A DNA stretch of 57,356 nucleotides from Nanobdellati archaeon (GCA_013152815.1 JAADFO010000072.1:1-57356), one strand, 5' to 3'. Positions 1-9,179 are shown, numbered from the stretch's first letter. A program made the numbers and translations. The notes: a model not told the origin generated them from the letters alone.

Positions 1-1785
1 ATGGAAAAGATCATCATCCTGGACATGGGCGGCCAGTATGCCCATCTCCTCGCACGCAGGATACGCCAGCTGGGCGTCTATTCAGAGATCCATCCCAGCG
101 ACACCGACGTGGAGAGAATCGACGGGGTGAAGGGCATCATCCTTTCGGGAGGTCCCTCCTCGGTCTATGAGAAGGATGCTCCGCAGCCGCACCCCGGGCT
201 CTTCAAGGAACCGGTCCCTGTCCTGGGTCTCTGCTACGGCCACCATCTCATGGCAAGGCATTTCCGGGGGGAAGTGGCTGCAGGGAAGGTCAAGGAATAC
301 GGCCTTGCCGAACTGAAGGTGATCAAGGAGGAAGGGATCTTCTCCGGGCTGGACAGACAAGAACAGGTGTGGATGAGCCATGGAGATGAGGTGAAGACCC
401 TTCCGGAGGGTTTCGATATCATCGGCAGCACCGAAGACTGCCCCATCGCTGCCATCGCAGATCCCCTAAGGAAGTACTATGGGTTCCAGTTCCATCCTGA
501 GGTGACCCATACGCCCCATGGCATGCAGATGCTGGACAACTTCATCAGGATAACAGGAGCGAAGCGAGACTTCTCAGTAGGCAGCTACAGGAAGATCATC
601 CGCAGAGAGATAGAAGAGACTGTCGGCGAAAAGAAGGTCTTCCTGCTGGTGTCAGGAGGGGTCGATTCCACGGTCTGCTTCGCACTGCTCGAGAAGGTGT
701 TGGGACGAGACCGGGTGGTCGGACTCTTCATCGACAACGGACTTCTCAGGAAAGAGGAAGGGAAGAACGTCAAAGAGTCTCTCGACAGGCTCGGTTTCAG
801 GAATCTTCAGGTATATGATGCATCTGACCTCTTCCTTGCGCATCTTGAAGGGGCCCATGAACCTGAGGAGAAGAGGAAGATCATCGGAGAGACGTTCATC
901 GAGGTCCAGCAGAAGGTCTTCGTGGAGATGGGATTTGAGGAGAAAGGATGGCTCTTGGCCCAAGGAACCATCTATCCGGACACCATCGAAACTAAAGGAA
1001 CGAAGAATGCAGACCTCATCAAGACCCATCACAATCGCATCCCCCTCGTCCAGAAGATGATCGACAGGGGACAGGTCATCGAACCGCTCAAAGGCATCTA
1101 CAAGGATGAGGTACGGGAGCTTGGTAAAGAGCTCGGGCTTCCCAGGGAGATCGTCTGGCGCCACCCGTTCCCCGGACCCGGCCTCGGAGTCCGATGTCTC
1201 TGCATGAAGGAACCGGTCAGCATAGACAGGGAAGAGAAAGGCATCGTCGCCGACCTGGCAGAAGAGCTGCAAATCCCCATGGATGTCCTTCCCCTGAAAA
1301 GCGTCGGCGTGCAGGGGGATTCGCGCACCTACCGGCATCCTGTATCCATAGAGCATGACCTTGACTATGATGCCCTGGACGACCTGAGCAGGACCATCAC
1401 CAACCGCCTCAAGACGGTCAACCGCGTCCTGCTCTGGCTGGGCGGCAGGAGACCTCCAGCCATGTCGGGCAAGGTCGCATATCTGACCAGGGAACGCCTC
1501 GACCTGCTGAGGGAGGCCGACGACAGGGTCATGGGACTGCTCCGGGAACATGGGCTCTACGACAGCATATGGCAGTTTCCGGTGATAGCCGTCCCCTTTG
1601 GAGCAGAAGGAGAGAGCATCATCCTGAGGCCGGTGACGAGTACAGAGGCCATGACCGCGAGGTTCGGCAGGATCGATGAGCCTGTCCTCAGGGAGATGGC
1701 CGACGCGCTTCTCGGCATCCAGGGCATAGACGCGGTCTTTCTGGACATCACCAACAAGCCGCCGGGCACCATCGAATGGGAATGA
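1..1785 (+). CDS. guaA: GMP synthase (glutamine-hydrolysing), fused GATase + ATP-PPase domains
   Basis: LDMGGQY, GLCYG catalytic Cys, QFHPE, SGGVDS PP-loop, HPFPGPGL, C-terminal KPPGTIEWE. Confidence 0.97.
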   Translation: MEKIIILDMGGQYAHLLARRIRQLGVYSEIHPSDTDVERIDGVKGIILSGGPSSVYEKDAPQPHPGLFKEPVPVLGLCYGHHLMARHFRGEVAAGKVKEYGLAELKVIKEEGIFSGLDRQEQVWMSHGDEVKTLPEGFDIIGSTEDCPIAAIADPLRKYYGFQFHPEVTHTPHGMQMLDNFIRITGAKRDFSVGSYRKIIRREIEETVGEKKVFLLVSGGVDSTVCFALLEKVLGRDRVVGLFIDNGLLRKEEGKNVKESLDRLGFRNLQVYDASDLFLAHLEGAHEPEEKRKIIGETFIEVQQKVFVEMGFEEKGWLLAQGTIYPDTIETKGTKNADLIKTHHNRIPLVQKMIDRGQVIEPLKGIYKDEVRELGKELGLPREIVWRHPFPGPGLGVRCLCMKEPVSIDREEKGIVADLAEELQIPMDVLPLKSVGVQGDSRTYRHPVSIEHDLDYDALDDLSRTITNRLKTVNRVLLWLGGRRPPAMSGKVAYLTRERLDLLREADDRVMGLLREHGLYDSIWQFPVIAVPFGAEGESIILRPVTSTEAMTARFGRIDEPVLREMADALLGIQGIDAVFLDITNKPPGTIEWE

Positions 1786-2124
1786 GAGACAGGCCCGGAG
1801 AAGACCTCAGTCGACGTCGATGGATTCCATCCAGCACGCCGGAAGACGGAAGAGCCGCAATAGAGGAAATGCCTTATCCTGAAGTCCGGCAGGTCGAGAA
1901 GCCTGTCGATCCGGCGAAGCTGTTTCTGCACCTTCTTTCTGCATCCTATCCATACAGCAGGCCATGGCATCTGGGTTCTGGTCAAAGCTCTTGGCATATC
2001 AGCATGCTCCTCTGACGAGCGTACGAGTATATTTATGGGAAAGCCGCTTAATAAAGATTTTGCTCATGGGGCCAATATGAAATCCTGCAAGAACATGCCA
2101 AATACATGACCTACTCCATCGACG

Positions 2125-2150
2125 ATGCTCAGCAACAAGTTGCTGGCACC
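2125..2150 (+). repeat. Dispersed hairpin element ATGCTCAG-CAAC-AA-GTTG-CTGGCACC
   Basis: Perfect CAGCAAC/GTTGCTG stem; 19 bp identical to 15955-15973; same 8-bp flanks as the minus-strand copy at 4708-4738. Confidence 0.7.
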
Positions 2151-2417
2151 AAAGGGAACCGTATACGTTGCATGTATACGTTGCATACGAACCCCGTCGA
2201 TTACGTCTGGCCAGCCATCATTGTCCTCCTTTCAGTCGGAAATGCTGACATTGATGGCGCAGACGATCATGCATTCGGCAAAAAAGCAGAGGATTCCATA
2301 ATAGCCGCTCATGGTGTAGCCTGGTGTAGCCATATCTGAGGCCAACAAAGCATATAAGACTGTTTCCCGTCGTCGATGAGAGGGAAAGGCTTCGGGAAGG
2401 AAAAGAGGAGAACAGAC

Positions 2418-3896
2418 ATGAGAAGAGAGAGGGAAATCTTTCGCCGTTTTCAGGAGGAGACAGGGAACAGGAGGCCCTACCGGAACGCCATCGTCAGGAT
2501 GAGGAAGAGTGTTCCCACCAGGGTCAGGGTGAAAGCCCTGAGACAGGCCGGGCTCAATGTCTTCCTGTATCCTGCAGCACGTGTGGATGGCTGCGACCTC
2601 CTTTCTGATTCTGGCACCGGCGCCATGACCACAGCACAGTGGGCAGAACTCATAGAGGGAGATGAGAGCTACGGCAGCAACGAAGGGTATTTCCTCCTCA
2701 GGGAGCAGCTGGTCCGCACTTTCGGAGAAGCATGGAGACAGAAGGATCCGCGCAGGCCGAACCTCTTCATCTTCCATCAGGGCAGGGCTGCAGAGCATGC
2801 GCTCTTCACCATCATCGGAAAGACAGGGAACAACCTCATCATCCCAAGCAACGGGCATTTCGATACGACCGGAGCGAACATCGAGGCCAATGCGATCACA
2901 GCAGTGAACCTTTTCTCCAAGGAATTGAAGCAGCGCAGAGACCATCCTTTCAAGGGAGATATGGACGTGGGACGGCTCAGGACCCTGCTCTCCGAGAAGA
3001 AGCAGAAGAAGCAGATCCCTCTCGTCTTCCTGACCATCACCAACAACACAGGAGGCGGCCAGCCGGTATCCATGGCCAACATCAGACAGGTCAGCCGTAT
3101 CTCCCACCGGAACGATATCCCGCTCTTCTTCGATGCCTGCCGGTTCGCCGAGAACGCCTATTTCATCAAGCAACGGGAAAGAGGCTATGCCAAGAAGAGC
3201 ATCCCTGCCATCGTCAGGGAGATGTTCTCCCATGTGGACGGATTCACCGTCTCCTGGAAGAAGGACGGTCTCTCCAACATGGGCGGTTCCATCGTCCTCA
3301 GGCCGGGAGGGCTGTTCATGAAAAGATATCCAGAGCTTCTCGAACAGATCACCGACCATCAGATCCTTACCGAAGGCCATCCTACCTATGGAGGGCTCAC
3401 CGGCCGTGACCTCAAGGCCCTGGCGAGGGGGATAGCCACCATAACCGATGAGGGGTATCTCGCCCACCGTGTCGGACAGGTAGCCAGGTTCGGCGAGAGA
3501 TTGCAGCGAGCAGGAGTTCCGGTCCTCACCCCTTTCGGCGGCCATGCTGTCTACCTTGACATGAACCGCTTCTTTGAGGGCACAGGACTGGCGAGGGAAG
3601 ACTATCCCGGGATTGCTTTCACAGCTCTGCTGCTGGGCAGCTACGGGCACCGGCTCTGTGAACTGGGAGACTTCGCCTTCGGCCGCGAGAAGGATGGAAA
3701 GCAGGAATTCCCAGAGGTGAACTATGTCAGGGCAGCCATACCACGGCTGGTCTATGAGGACCAGGATCTTGCTGCCTGTGCCGATGCCATCATTTCCCTG
3801 TACCGAAGAAGGGAGAAGATACCGGGAGTTGTCGTCACCTATGGCAGGGACAAGACCCTACGACATTTCAAGGCTCAGTTCCGGCTCAGGACGTGA
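2418..3896 (+). CDS. tnaA: Tryptophanase (PLP-dependent beta-eliminating lyase)
   Basis: DLLSDSGT, HQGRAAE, FDTT, DACRFAENAYF, SWKKDG PLP-Lys motif, LRHF; FDTT and LRHF fit tryptophanase better than tyrosine phenol-lyase (FTTT, LRFF). GAGGAG precedes ATG 2418. Confidence 0.85.
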   Translation: MRREREIFRRFQEETGNRRPYRNAIVRMRKSVPTRVRVKALRQAGLNVFLYPAARVDGCDLLSDSGTGAMTTAQWAELIEGDESYGSNEGYFLLREQLVRTFGEAWRQKDPRRPNLFIFHQGRAAEHALFTIIGKTGNNLIIPSNGHFDTTGANIEANAITAVNLFSKELKQRRDHPFKGDMDVGRLRTLLSEKKQKKQIPLVFLTITNNTGGGQPVSMANIRQVSRISHRNDIPLFFDACRFAENAYFIKQRERGYAKKSIPAIVREMFSHVDGFTVSWKKDGLSNMGGSIVLRPGGLFMKRYPELLEQITDHQILTEGHPTYGGLTGRDLKALARGIATITDEGYLAHRVGQVARFGERLQRAGVPVLTPFGGHAVYLDMNRFFEGTGLAREDYPGIAFTALLLGSYGHRLCELGDFAFGREKDGKQEFPEVNYVRAAIPRLVYEDQDLAACADAIISLYRRREKIPGVVVTYGRDKTLRHFKAQFRLRT

Positions 3897-3910
3897 TGGG
3901 CCATGATGGG

Positions 3911-4468
3911 TCAGTGATGGTTGAGGTCGTTCTTAAGGATAATGTCCAGGCTGTCATAACGAAGGGTTGATGCATCCTCAGGGAGGATATCCTTGATGGC
4001 CATCCTGAAACGGTGAGGGGTCAGACGCAGGATAGGATACCCAACAGAAGGCGTATCATATCCTGTCTGGAAGGTGATGATGCCGCTTTTTTTCTCTCCT
4101 TCCTCGAAAGAGATCAGTTTCCTGAACTTCGCTGCGGTCTTCGTGTCGCCATAGATATCCACATCATAGATCGGATCGGTGATATCCTCTATCCGGTTGT
4201 AGGCAGTGCGGCCTCCCATCCGCAGGAGGGGATGATAATCACGATGAGCCAGGTTCAGCTCAAGGAGTCCTGCAAACTCGACGAGCCATCGGTCGAGGGC
4301 AAAGGATTCTGATTTCTTGTTCAGTGACCGTCCATCAGACCAGATGACATAGTCACGACCTCGGGGATAATAATAGCTGATGACCTTCTTCCTTCCGTTT
4401 CCATAGCCATCATGAAGATCGACCTTCTTGACTTCTCTGCCTGTCTTGCTCTTCGTTGCCTTAGCCAT
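3911..4468 (-). CDS. Hypothetical protein (185 aa)
   Basis: Clean ORF with TATA-like TTTTATAT upstream; no recognised motif. Confidence 0.6.
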   Translation of the reverse strand: MAKATKSKTGREVKKVDLHDGYGNGRKKVISYYYPRGRDYVIWSDGRSLNKKSESFALDRWLVEFAGLLELNLAHRDYHPLLRMGGRTAYNRIEDITDPIYDVDIYGDTKTAAKFRKLISFEEGEKKSGIITFQTGYDTPSVGYPILRLTPHRFRMAIKDILPEDASTLRYDSLDIILKNDLNHH

Positions 4469-4614
4469 ACGCTGAAGCTAATCGATGTCTGTATATAAAA
4501 TATGAGGGTAATCAAGCTATGATGTCGATGGTGCCTTGATGGATGCACTGGTGGTTGGCACTGCAATAACGGACGTAGGAAGGTTCCCTGAAGCGAAGCA
4601 GAAAGGCATCCAGG

Positions 4615-4787
4615 AATCAGGACGATTTCTGAGCATGTTCAAATTCGGGCTGACCTCATTGTAAGTGAACGCCGTAGCCCGGATTCCTCATGAGTTGGAA
4701 CGAATGAGGTGCCAGAAATCAGGACGATTTCTGAGCATGTTCAAATTCGGGCCGACCTCATTGTAAGTGAACGCCGTAGCCCGGATT
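4615..4787. repeat. 71-bp direct repeat (4615-4685 and 4717-4787) including the last 16 nt of tRNA-Ser
   Basis: Copies differ at one base (gggctgacc vs gggccgacc); the 31-nt spacer contains a CCTCA..TGAGG hairpin. Confidence 0.92.
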
Positions 4788-4902
4788 TGAACCGGGATAT
4801 CCCGAAGGAAACTGGCTGTTTTGGGTAAGAGGCTGAAAGACCTCAGCAATCAGCTTGCTTGCCGCTCAAGGCCAGCGCAATACCGAGTTATGCGACTACG
4901 GC
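4772..4902 (-). tRNA. tRNA-Ser(TGA) with 47-nt intron at 37/38 (4818-4864)
   Basis: GCCGTAG/CTACGGC acceptor, CTGGC/GCCAG anticodon stem, long variable arm, GGTTCAAATCC T-arm, G73. Confidence 0.92.
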
Positions 4903-5032
4903 AGGTCTATGGCCCGCATGAACACCATCTCATTTATAAATTCTTTCGCAAGGCTTAAAACAAGCATGAGTGCCTTTCTTTTAAATAACTTACTGAAAAA
5001 AAGGAAAGCAATAAATATGACTTCTGTATCTC

Positions 5033-5062
5033 TTTTTAAATCTATCGACGTTGTCAACGTCG
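5033..5062 (+). promoter_or_regulatory. TATA-like box followed by palindrome CGACGTTG-T-CAACGTCG upstream of tfb
   Basis: TTTTTAAAT at about 5033-5041; perfect 8-bp inverted repeat at 5046-5062. Confidence 0.45.
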
Positions 5063-5135
5063 TGTGATAAAAGATGGGGAGTGATGGATGATGATCATAG
5101 AAGTACCTTATGGTACCTACGGAGTGTGATGTGGC

Positions 5136-6062
5136 ATGACCAATCTCATCAAGAAATGTCCAGAGTGCGGATCTATCAATCTTTTTTGGAACAAGGAGAA
5201 AGGGGAGATCGTCTGCAGAGATTGCGGACTGGTCGTCGAGGACAAGATGGTCGACTTCGACCAGGAATGGCGTGCCTTCGACTCGAACCAGGCAGCCCAG
5301 CGTCGCAGGACCGGCGCTCCCATGACCTATACCCAATATGACCAGGGACTGGGAACAGAGATAGGACGTAAGGCTGACATCTACCAGCTCGGTTCCAAGG
5401 ACCGCAACAAGTTCTTCAGGCTGCGGAAATGGCAGTACCGCATCTCTACAGCCATCGAACGGAACCTCAAGCTTGCCTTGGCAGAGCTCAAGCGGGTCTC
5501 TTCATACCTCAAGCTTCCCAAATCTGTCGAAGAGGAATCGGCGAGGATCTACACCCTTGCTGTGCAGAAAGGCCTCGTACGCGGACGATCCATGGAATCG
5601 GTCGTCGCAGGTGCCCTCTACGCTGCCTGCAGACGCCACGATGTCCCCCGGACTCTTGACGAGCTTTCTGAGGCGTCAGGCATCGAGAAGAAGGAGATCG
5701 GCAGGACCTATCGCTTCGTGACCAGAGAACTGGGGATCACCATCCTTCCGAGCAATCCTGCAGACTACATCGCAAGGTTCTGCTCGGCCTTGAAACTGGC
5801 AGCCAAGACCCAGAGCAGGGCCATCGAGATCCTCGAGCAGGCCCAGAAGGCTGAATTGACGTCAGGAAGAGGCCCCACGGGGATCGCTGCGGCCTCTTTG
5901 TATGTCTCGGCACTCATCCATGGCGAGAAACGCACCCAGCGGGAAGTCGCCGACGTCGCCGGTGTCACCGAAGTCACCATCAGGAACCGCTACAAAGAGC
6001 TTCTTGAGGAGCTTGATCTGGAGAAGGAGATCAAGAAGACCAAAAAGAAGAAGAAAGACTGA
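5136..6062 (+). CDS. tfb: Transcription initiation factor IIB
   Basis: CPECGS..CRDCG zinc ribbon, EWRAF B-reader, two cyclin repeats, [11 protein letters not shown]. Confidence 0.98.
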   Translation: MTNLIKKCPECGSINLFWNKEKGEIVCRDCGLVVEDKMVDFDQEWRAFDSNQAAQRRRTGAPMTYTQYDQGLGTEIGRKADIYQLGSKDRNKFFRLRKWQYRISTAIERNLKLALAELKRVSSYLKLPKSVEEESARIYTLAVQKGLVRGRSMESVVAGALYAACRRHDVPRTLDELSEASGIEKKEIGRTYRFVTRELGITILPSNPADYIARFCSALKLAAKTQSRAIEILEQAQKAELTSGRGPTGIAAASLYVSALIHGEKRTQREVADVAGVTEVTIRNRYKELLEELDLEKEIKKTKKKKKD

Positions 6063-6086
6063 AGAAATATTAAAGAAAGAGAAAGA

Positions 6087-6404
6087 CTATCGCAAAGCAG
6101 GAGGAAAGCGGTAGACCTTGTTCTTGAAATCCTGTATCTTTCCATCTGTTATGCAGATGCCCTCGCTCCGCAAAAATCGTCCCTTCTGAGGATTCTCAGG
6201 CATCCCCTGATAGCCTCCCAGCGATCCGTCGCTGCGCACCACACGATGACAGGGCACGGCAGGAGCATGAGGATTATGACGAAGTGCCTGACCCACGGCA
6301 CGATAGGCATGGCCGCCAAGAAACCGGGCGATCTCCTGGTAGGTGGACACTTTCCCCCGGGGGATGGAGCTGCATGCCTGCCACACCTGTTCCTGAAAGT
6401 TCAT
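6087..6404 (-). CDS. ogt: O6-methylguanine-DNA methyltransferase (C-terminal domain only)
   Basis: IPRGKVSTY, RAVG, PCHRV active site. Confidence 0.92.
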   Translation of the reverse strand: MNFQEQVWQACSSIPRGKVSTYQEIARFLGGHAYRAVGQALRHNPHAPAVPCHRVVRSDGSLGGYQGMPENPQKGRFLRSEGICITDGKIQDFKNKVYRFPPALR

Positions 6405-6459
6405 GGCGATGATGAAGGAGAGGGAATGTTTTAAATATTCTCTCAATTATTGGGTGCTC

Positions 6460-7194
6460 ATGGAACTCACCGAAGAGCAGCTGAGACAGATGACACCCGA
6501 GCAGCTCCAGGAGCTCCAGAAAGCGAACTGCGTCTTCTGTCATATCGCAGCAGGGAAGGTCCAGTCCAAGAGGATCCATGAGGATGATATCTGTCTCGCC
6601 GTCCTCGACATCAACCCCTGCAACCCCGGTCATGTCCTCATCTTCCCGAAAGAGCATTATGCCATCCTTCCCCAGGTGCCTGAGAAGGTCCAGGGCCATC
6701 TGATCAATGTCGCCAAGAACCTCTCGGCGGCCAGTCTCCGGGCGCTCAAGACGCAGGGGACGAATGTCTTCATCGCCAACGGCGTATCGGCAGGCCAGAA
6801 GGCCCCTCACGTCCTTATCCATCTCATCCCGAGGACCGATGGCGACGGCATCACAAGCTTTGACCTGAAAAGGAAGAGACTGGATGATGATCATGATGAT
6901 CTGGCGAGGAAGCTGCGCCAGCGACTGTTGAAGGATCAGAGGAGCGGCACGGACAAAGAGAAAGAGGGACAGGAGGAAGAGACGCAGGAGAAACAGAAGG
7001 TGCCGGAAGAGCAGGAGGGAGACGAGCAGAAAGGGCAGGAGGAGCAGAAAGAGGAGAAGGGACAGCAGCACAAGGACGATGAAAAGAATCCCGATGAGAG
7101 GCTGAAGAAAGAGGAGACGAAGAAAGAAGGGACAGAGAAAGAAGGCGGCTCCCTTGATCTGGACAATATAGCGAAGGTGCTGGGATTAGGATGA
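6460..7194 (+). CDS. HIT-family protein with degenerate triad and charged C-terminal tail
   Basis: CVFCHI, LDINPCNPGHVLIFPKEH, motif PHVLIHLIPR. Confidence 0.88.
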   Translation: MELTEEQLRQMTPEQLQELQKANCVFCHIAAGKVQSKRIHEDDICLAVLDINPCNPGHVLIFPKEHYAILPQVPEKVQGHLINVAKNLSAASLRALKTQGTNVFIANGVSAGQKAPHVLIHLIPRTDGDGITSFDLKRKRLDDDHDDLARKLRQRLLKDQRSGTDKEKEGQEEETQEKQKVPEEQEGDEQKGQEEQKEEKGQQHKDDEKNPDERLKKEETKKEGTEKEGGSLDLDNIAKVLGLG

Positions 7195-7757
7195 AGACGA
7201 CACCCTTCACCGAGCTCATCGACGACCAGGACTACCTGAAGGTCCATGAGGATGACCTCGTCGTCGCCATGCTCGACCCGAAACCAGTGGTTCCTGGCCA
7301 CGTCATCGTAGTCCCCAGAGAACCGCACCCCATTCTCGAACTGACGCCGGATGAGGTCCTGGCGAAGATGCTCACAATCGCGAACAGGGTGTCCATGGCC
7401 ATGTTCGAAGAGCTGCGATGCACCGGCACCGACATCCTCATCTCCAACGGCATACCTGCAGGGCAGACCGTGCCCCATCTGAGCATCAATGTCATCCCGC
7501 GGCAGGAGGATGACGGTCTTGATTTCAGCTGGAAAGGGAAACAGCTTTCCCAGGAAGAGCTTTCGGTGGTCGAGATGAGGCTCCGGGAGGAGGTCGCGGA
7601 AGAAGATCAGGGAACGACCTCCACGAAGCAGGAGCCGGAAGCAACAACGCAGACTGGAGAGGAGCAGGGCACGTCAGAAGAGAAAGATGAGAAGGGAAAA
7701 GAGAATACCCAAGACGACCTGAGGCTAAAGCGTCTCGACAGGATCCCCCGCTGGTGA
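7191..7757 (+). CDS. Second HIT-family protein with degenerate triad
   Basis: LDPKPVVPGHVIVVPREP, GQTVPHLSINVIPR; 4-bp overlap with upstream paralog. Confidence 0.88.
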   Translation: MKTTPFTELIDDQDYLKVHEDDLVVAMLDPKPVVPGHVIVVPREPHPILELTPDEVLAKMLTIANRVSMAMFEELRCTGTDILISNGIPAGQTVPHLSINVIPRQEDDGLDFSWKGKQLSQEELSVVEMRLREEVAEEDQGTTSTKQEPEATTQTGEEQGTSEEKDEKGKENTQDDLRLKRLDRIPRW

Positions 7758-7792
7758 GGTTCTTTGTCTTCAGATCTTCAGTCTGAACAGGT

Positions 7793-8224
7793 CTAGAGCG
7801 GATCGATGAATTCAAAGTATGATTTCTTCTTGACAAGACCAAGAGATTCATAGAAGGCCATTGCTCCTGGATTGTCGGTCGCGGCAAAGAGGGCGATGCT
7901 ATCTGCTCCTGCCTCTTTTGCCCGCTCTTTCAGCGCTGCCATGAGCTTTCTGCCGATGCCCTTCCTCTGATGTACATCCTTGACGTAGAGTATGTCGATA
8001 TAGAAGATGTTGCCGGCAGTTATCTCGGCCAGCGCATAGCCTACCCATGTCCCTTCTTTCTTGGCGATGAGGAAGACTCCCTTTTCTTTATACCCTTTGA
8101 TGTACCGATACCCGCCCCCATCGTCCAGACCATGATAGGACGTGAAAGAAGGGACATCCCTGGATGCTTTGAAACATGCCCGGATATCAGCTTCTTCTCC
8201 TGGGCGTATGAGCAAGGCCATCAA
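7793..8224 (-). CDS. GNAT-family N-acetyltransferase
   Basis: LYVKDVHQRKGIGRKLM motif A; N..A..FYESLG. Confidence 0.88.
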   Translation of the reverse strand: MMALLIRPGEEADIRACFKASRDVPSFTSYHGLDDGGGYRYIKGYKEKGVFLIAKKEGTWVGYALAEITAGNIFYIDILYVKDVHQRKGIGRKLMAALKERAKEAGADSIALFAATDNPGAMAFYESLGLVKKKSYFEFIDPL

Positions 8225-8952
8225 AAATCACCCAGCCGCGATTGGGATTTTCCATATTGCTCCAGGAACCGGGGAGGTTCGACGCGCTTGAAAGCATACC
8301 CTTTCTCACGGAGCATGGTCTCTGCGTTCGCAGAGATGGTCGGGGCTGCGATGACGCCCTGGACCTTGGAGAGCCCCTTCGCCTTCTTGATACGATGGAC
8401 ATAACGTTCGAGCTGGGAGACAGCAGCGAAGTCAGCCTTGTCACGCTTGCACTCGACGACCACCAGATCGCCGTCCCTGTCGTAGCCGAAGACGTCGATG
8501 AAACCGAATTTGGTATGCTCCTCCCTGCTGAGAGGGCGAAAGCCCGGAGAGATGAGCGAAGGGTTCTCGAAGATCATGTCAGACATGTCCTTCTCGGTCC
8601 CGGCAAGAAGCAGCTTCTCCTGGTCCAGCAGGGTCAGCGACTCGATGAAATGGATCCTTCGGATAGTGATCTCCATGAATTCTTTCTGGGCAGATGATCT
8701 GCTCGTGATCACCAGATGCCCGCCCACATTCTTGAGGCGATGGGTCGCGCCGCCTTTCATGTAGTTGACCGGGCTTGCCCCGAAAGGTGTATGCACAAGC
8801 AGGGTCCCGTCCTGCTTGATCATGATGAGCCGGTCCCCGAATCCGAGATAGCTCTGCGCTCTTCCGTTGTAGGCGATGGAGCAGTTCGCTGAAAAGATCA
8901 GGGTCTCCTTTGCCCGGAGCGCATCATTGATCCTGAGTTCATCTGTCTGCAT
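8221..8952 (-). CDS. nucS: Endonuclease NucS/EndoMS
   Basis: YNGRA, IKQDGTLLVH, PVNY, GFIDVFGYD, VVVECKR, QLERY. Confidence 0.93.
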   Translation of the reverse strand: MQTDELRINDALRAKETLIFSANCSIAYNGRAQSYLGFGDRLIMIKQDGTLLVHTPFGASPVNYMKGGATHRLKNVGGHLVITSRSSAQKEFMEITIRRIHFIESLTLLDQEKLLLAGTEKDMSDMIFENPSLISPGFRPLSREEHTKFGFIDVFGYDRDGDLVVVECKRDKADFAAVSQLERYVHRIKKAKGLSKVQGVIAAPTISANAETMLREKGYAFKRVEPPRFLEQYGKSQSRLGDF

Positions 8953-9056
8953 CTTGAGGATGAAGAGCCGTCGATTTTTAAAAGTTCCCTCGGAGATGTG
9001 CGAGAGAGACCATGCAAAACATTTATAAAGGGGCCAAAGTTCCTAAGCACAATCTT

Positions 9057-9160
9057 GGGGCTATGGGGTAGTTTGGCTATCCTTTCCGGTTTGGGGCCGG
9101 ATGACCCCGGTTCAAATTGGACGTTCACACCAGGACTCCATGAAAGTCCGGGTAGCCCCA
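9057..9160 (+). tRNA. tRNA-Pro(TGG) with 30-nt T-loop intron at 59/60 (9117-9146)
   Basis: GGGGCTA/TAGCCCC acceptor, TCCGG-TT-TGG-GG-CCGGA; BHB with TTCA/TGAA helix and AAT, AGT bulges; TTTATAAA at 9022-9029. Confidence 0.9.
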
Positions 9161-9179
9161 TGTTATCGGATGCACAAAA

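Noticed and set aside
1786-2340. Small ORFs between guaA and tnaA, including a TnaC-like leader peptide
   Set aside because: No recognisable motif or convincing SD; nothing resembling TnaC at a suitable spacing
2232-3650. Long antisense ORFs (also 13387-14811, 43745-45247, 49258-50676, 53677-55026, 56314-57204)
   Set aside because: They mirror well-supported genes on the opposite strand; typical codon-bias shadows
4739-4760. GTTCAAAT segment as a split-tRNA half on the plus strand
   Set aside because: No T-stem pairing or cloverleaf; better explained as an inverted copy of the tRNA-Ser T-arm
4615-4787. Repeat-spacer-repeat as a mini CRISPR array
   Set aside because: Repeats are 71 bp, include a tRNA 3' end, number only two, and no cas genes are present
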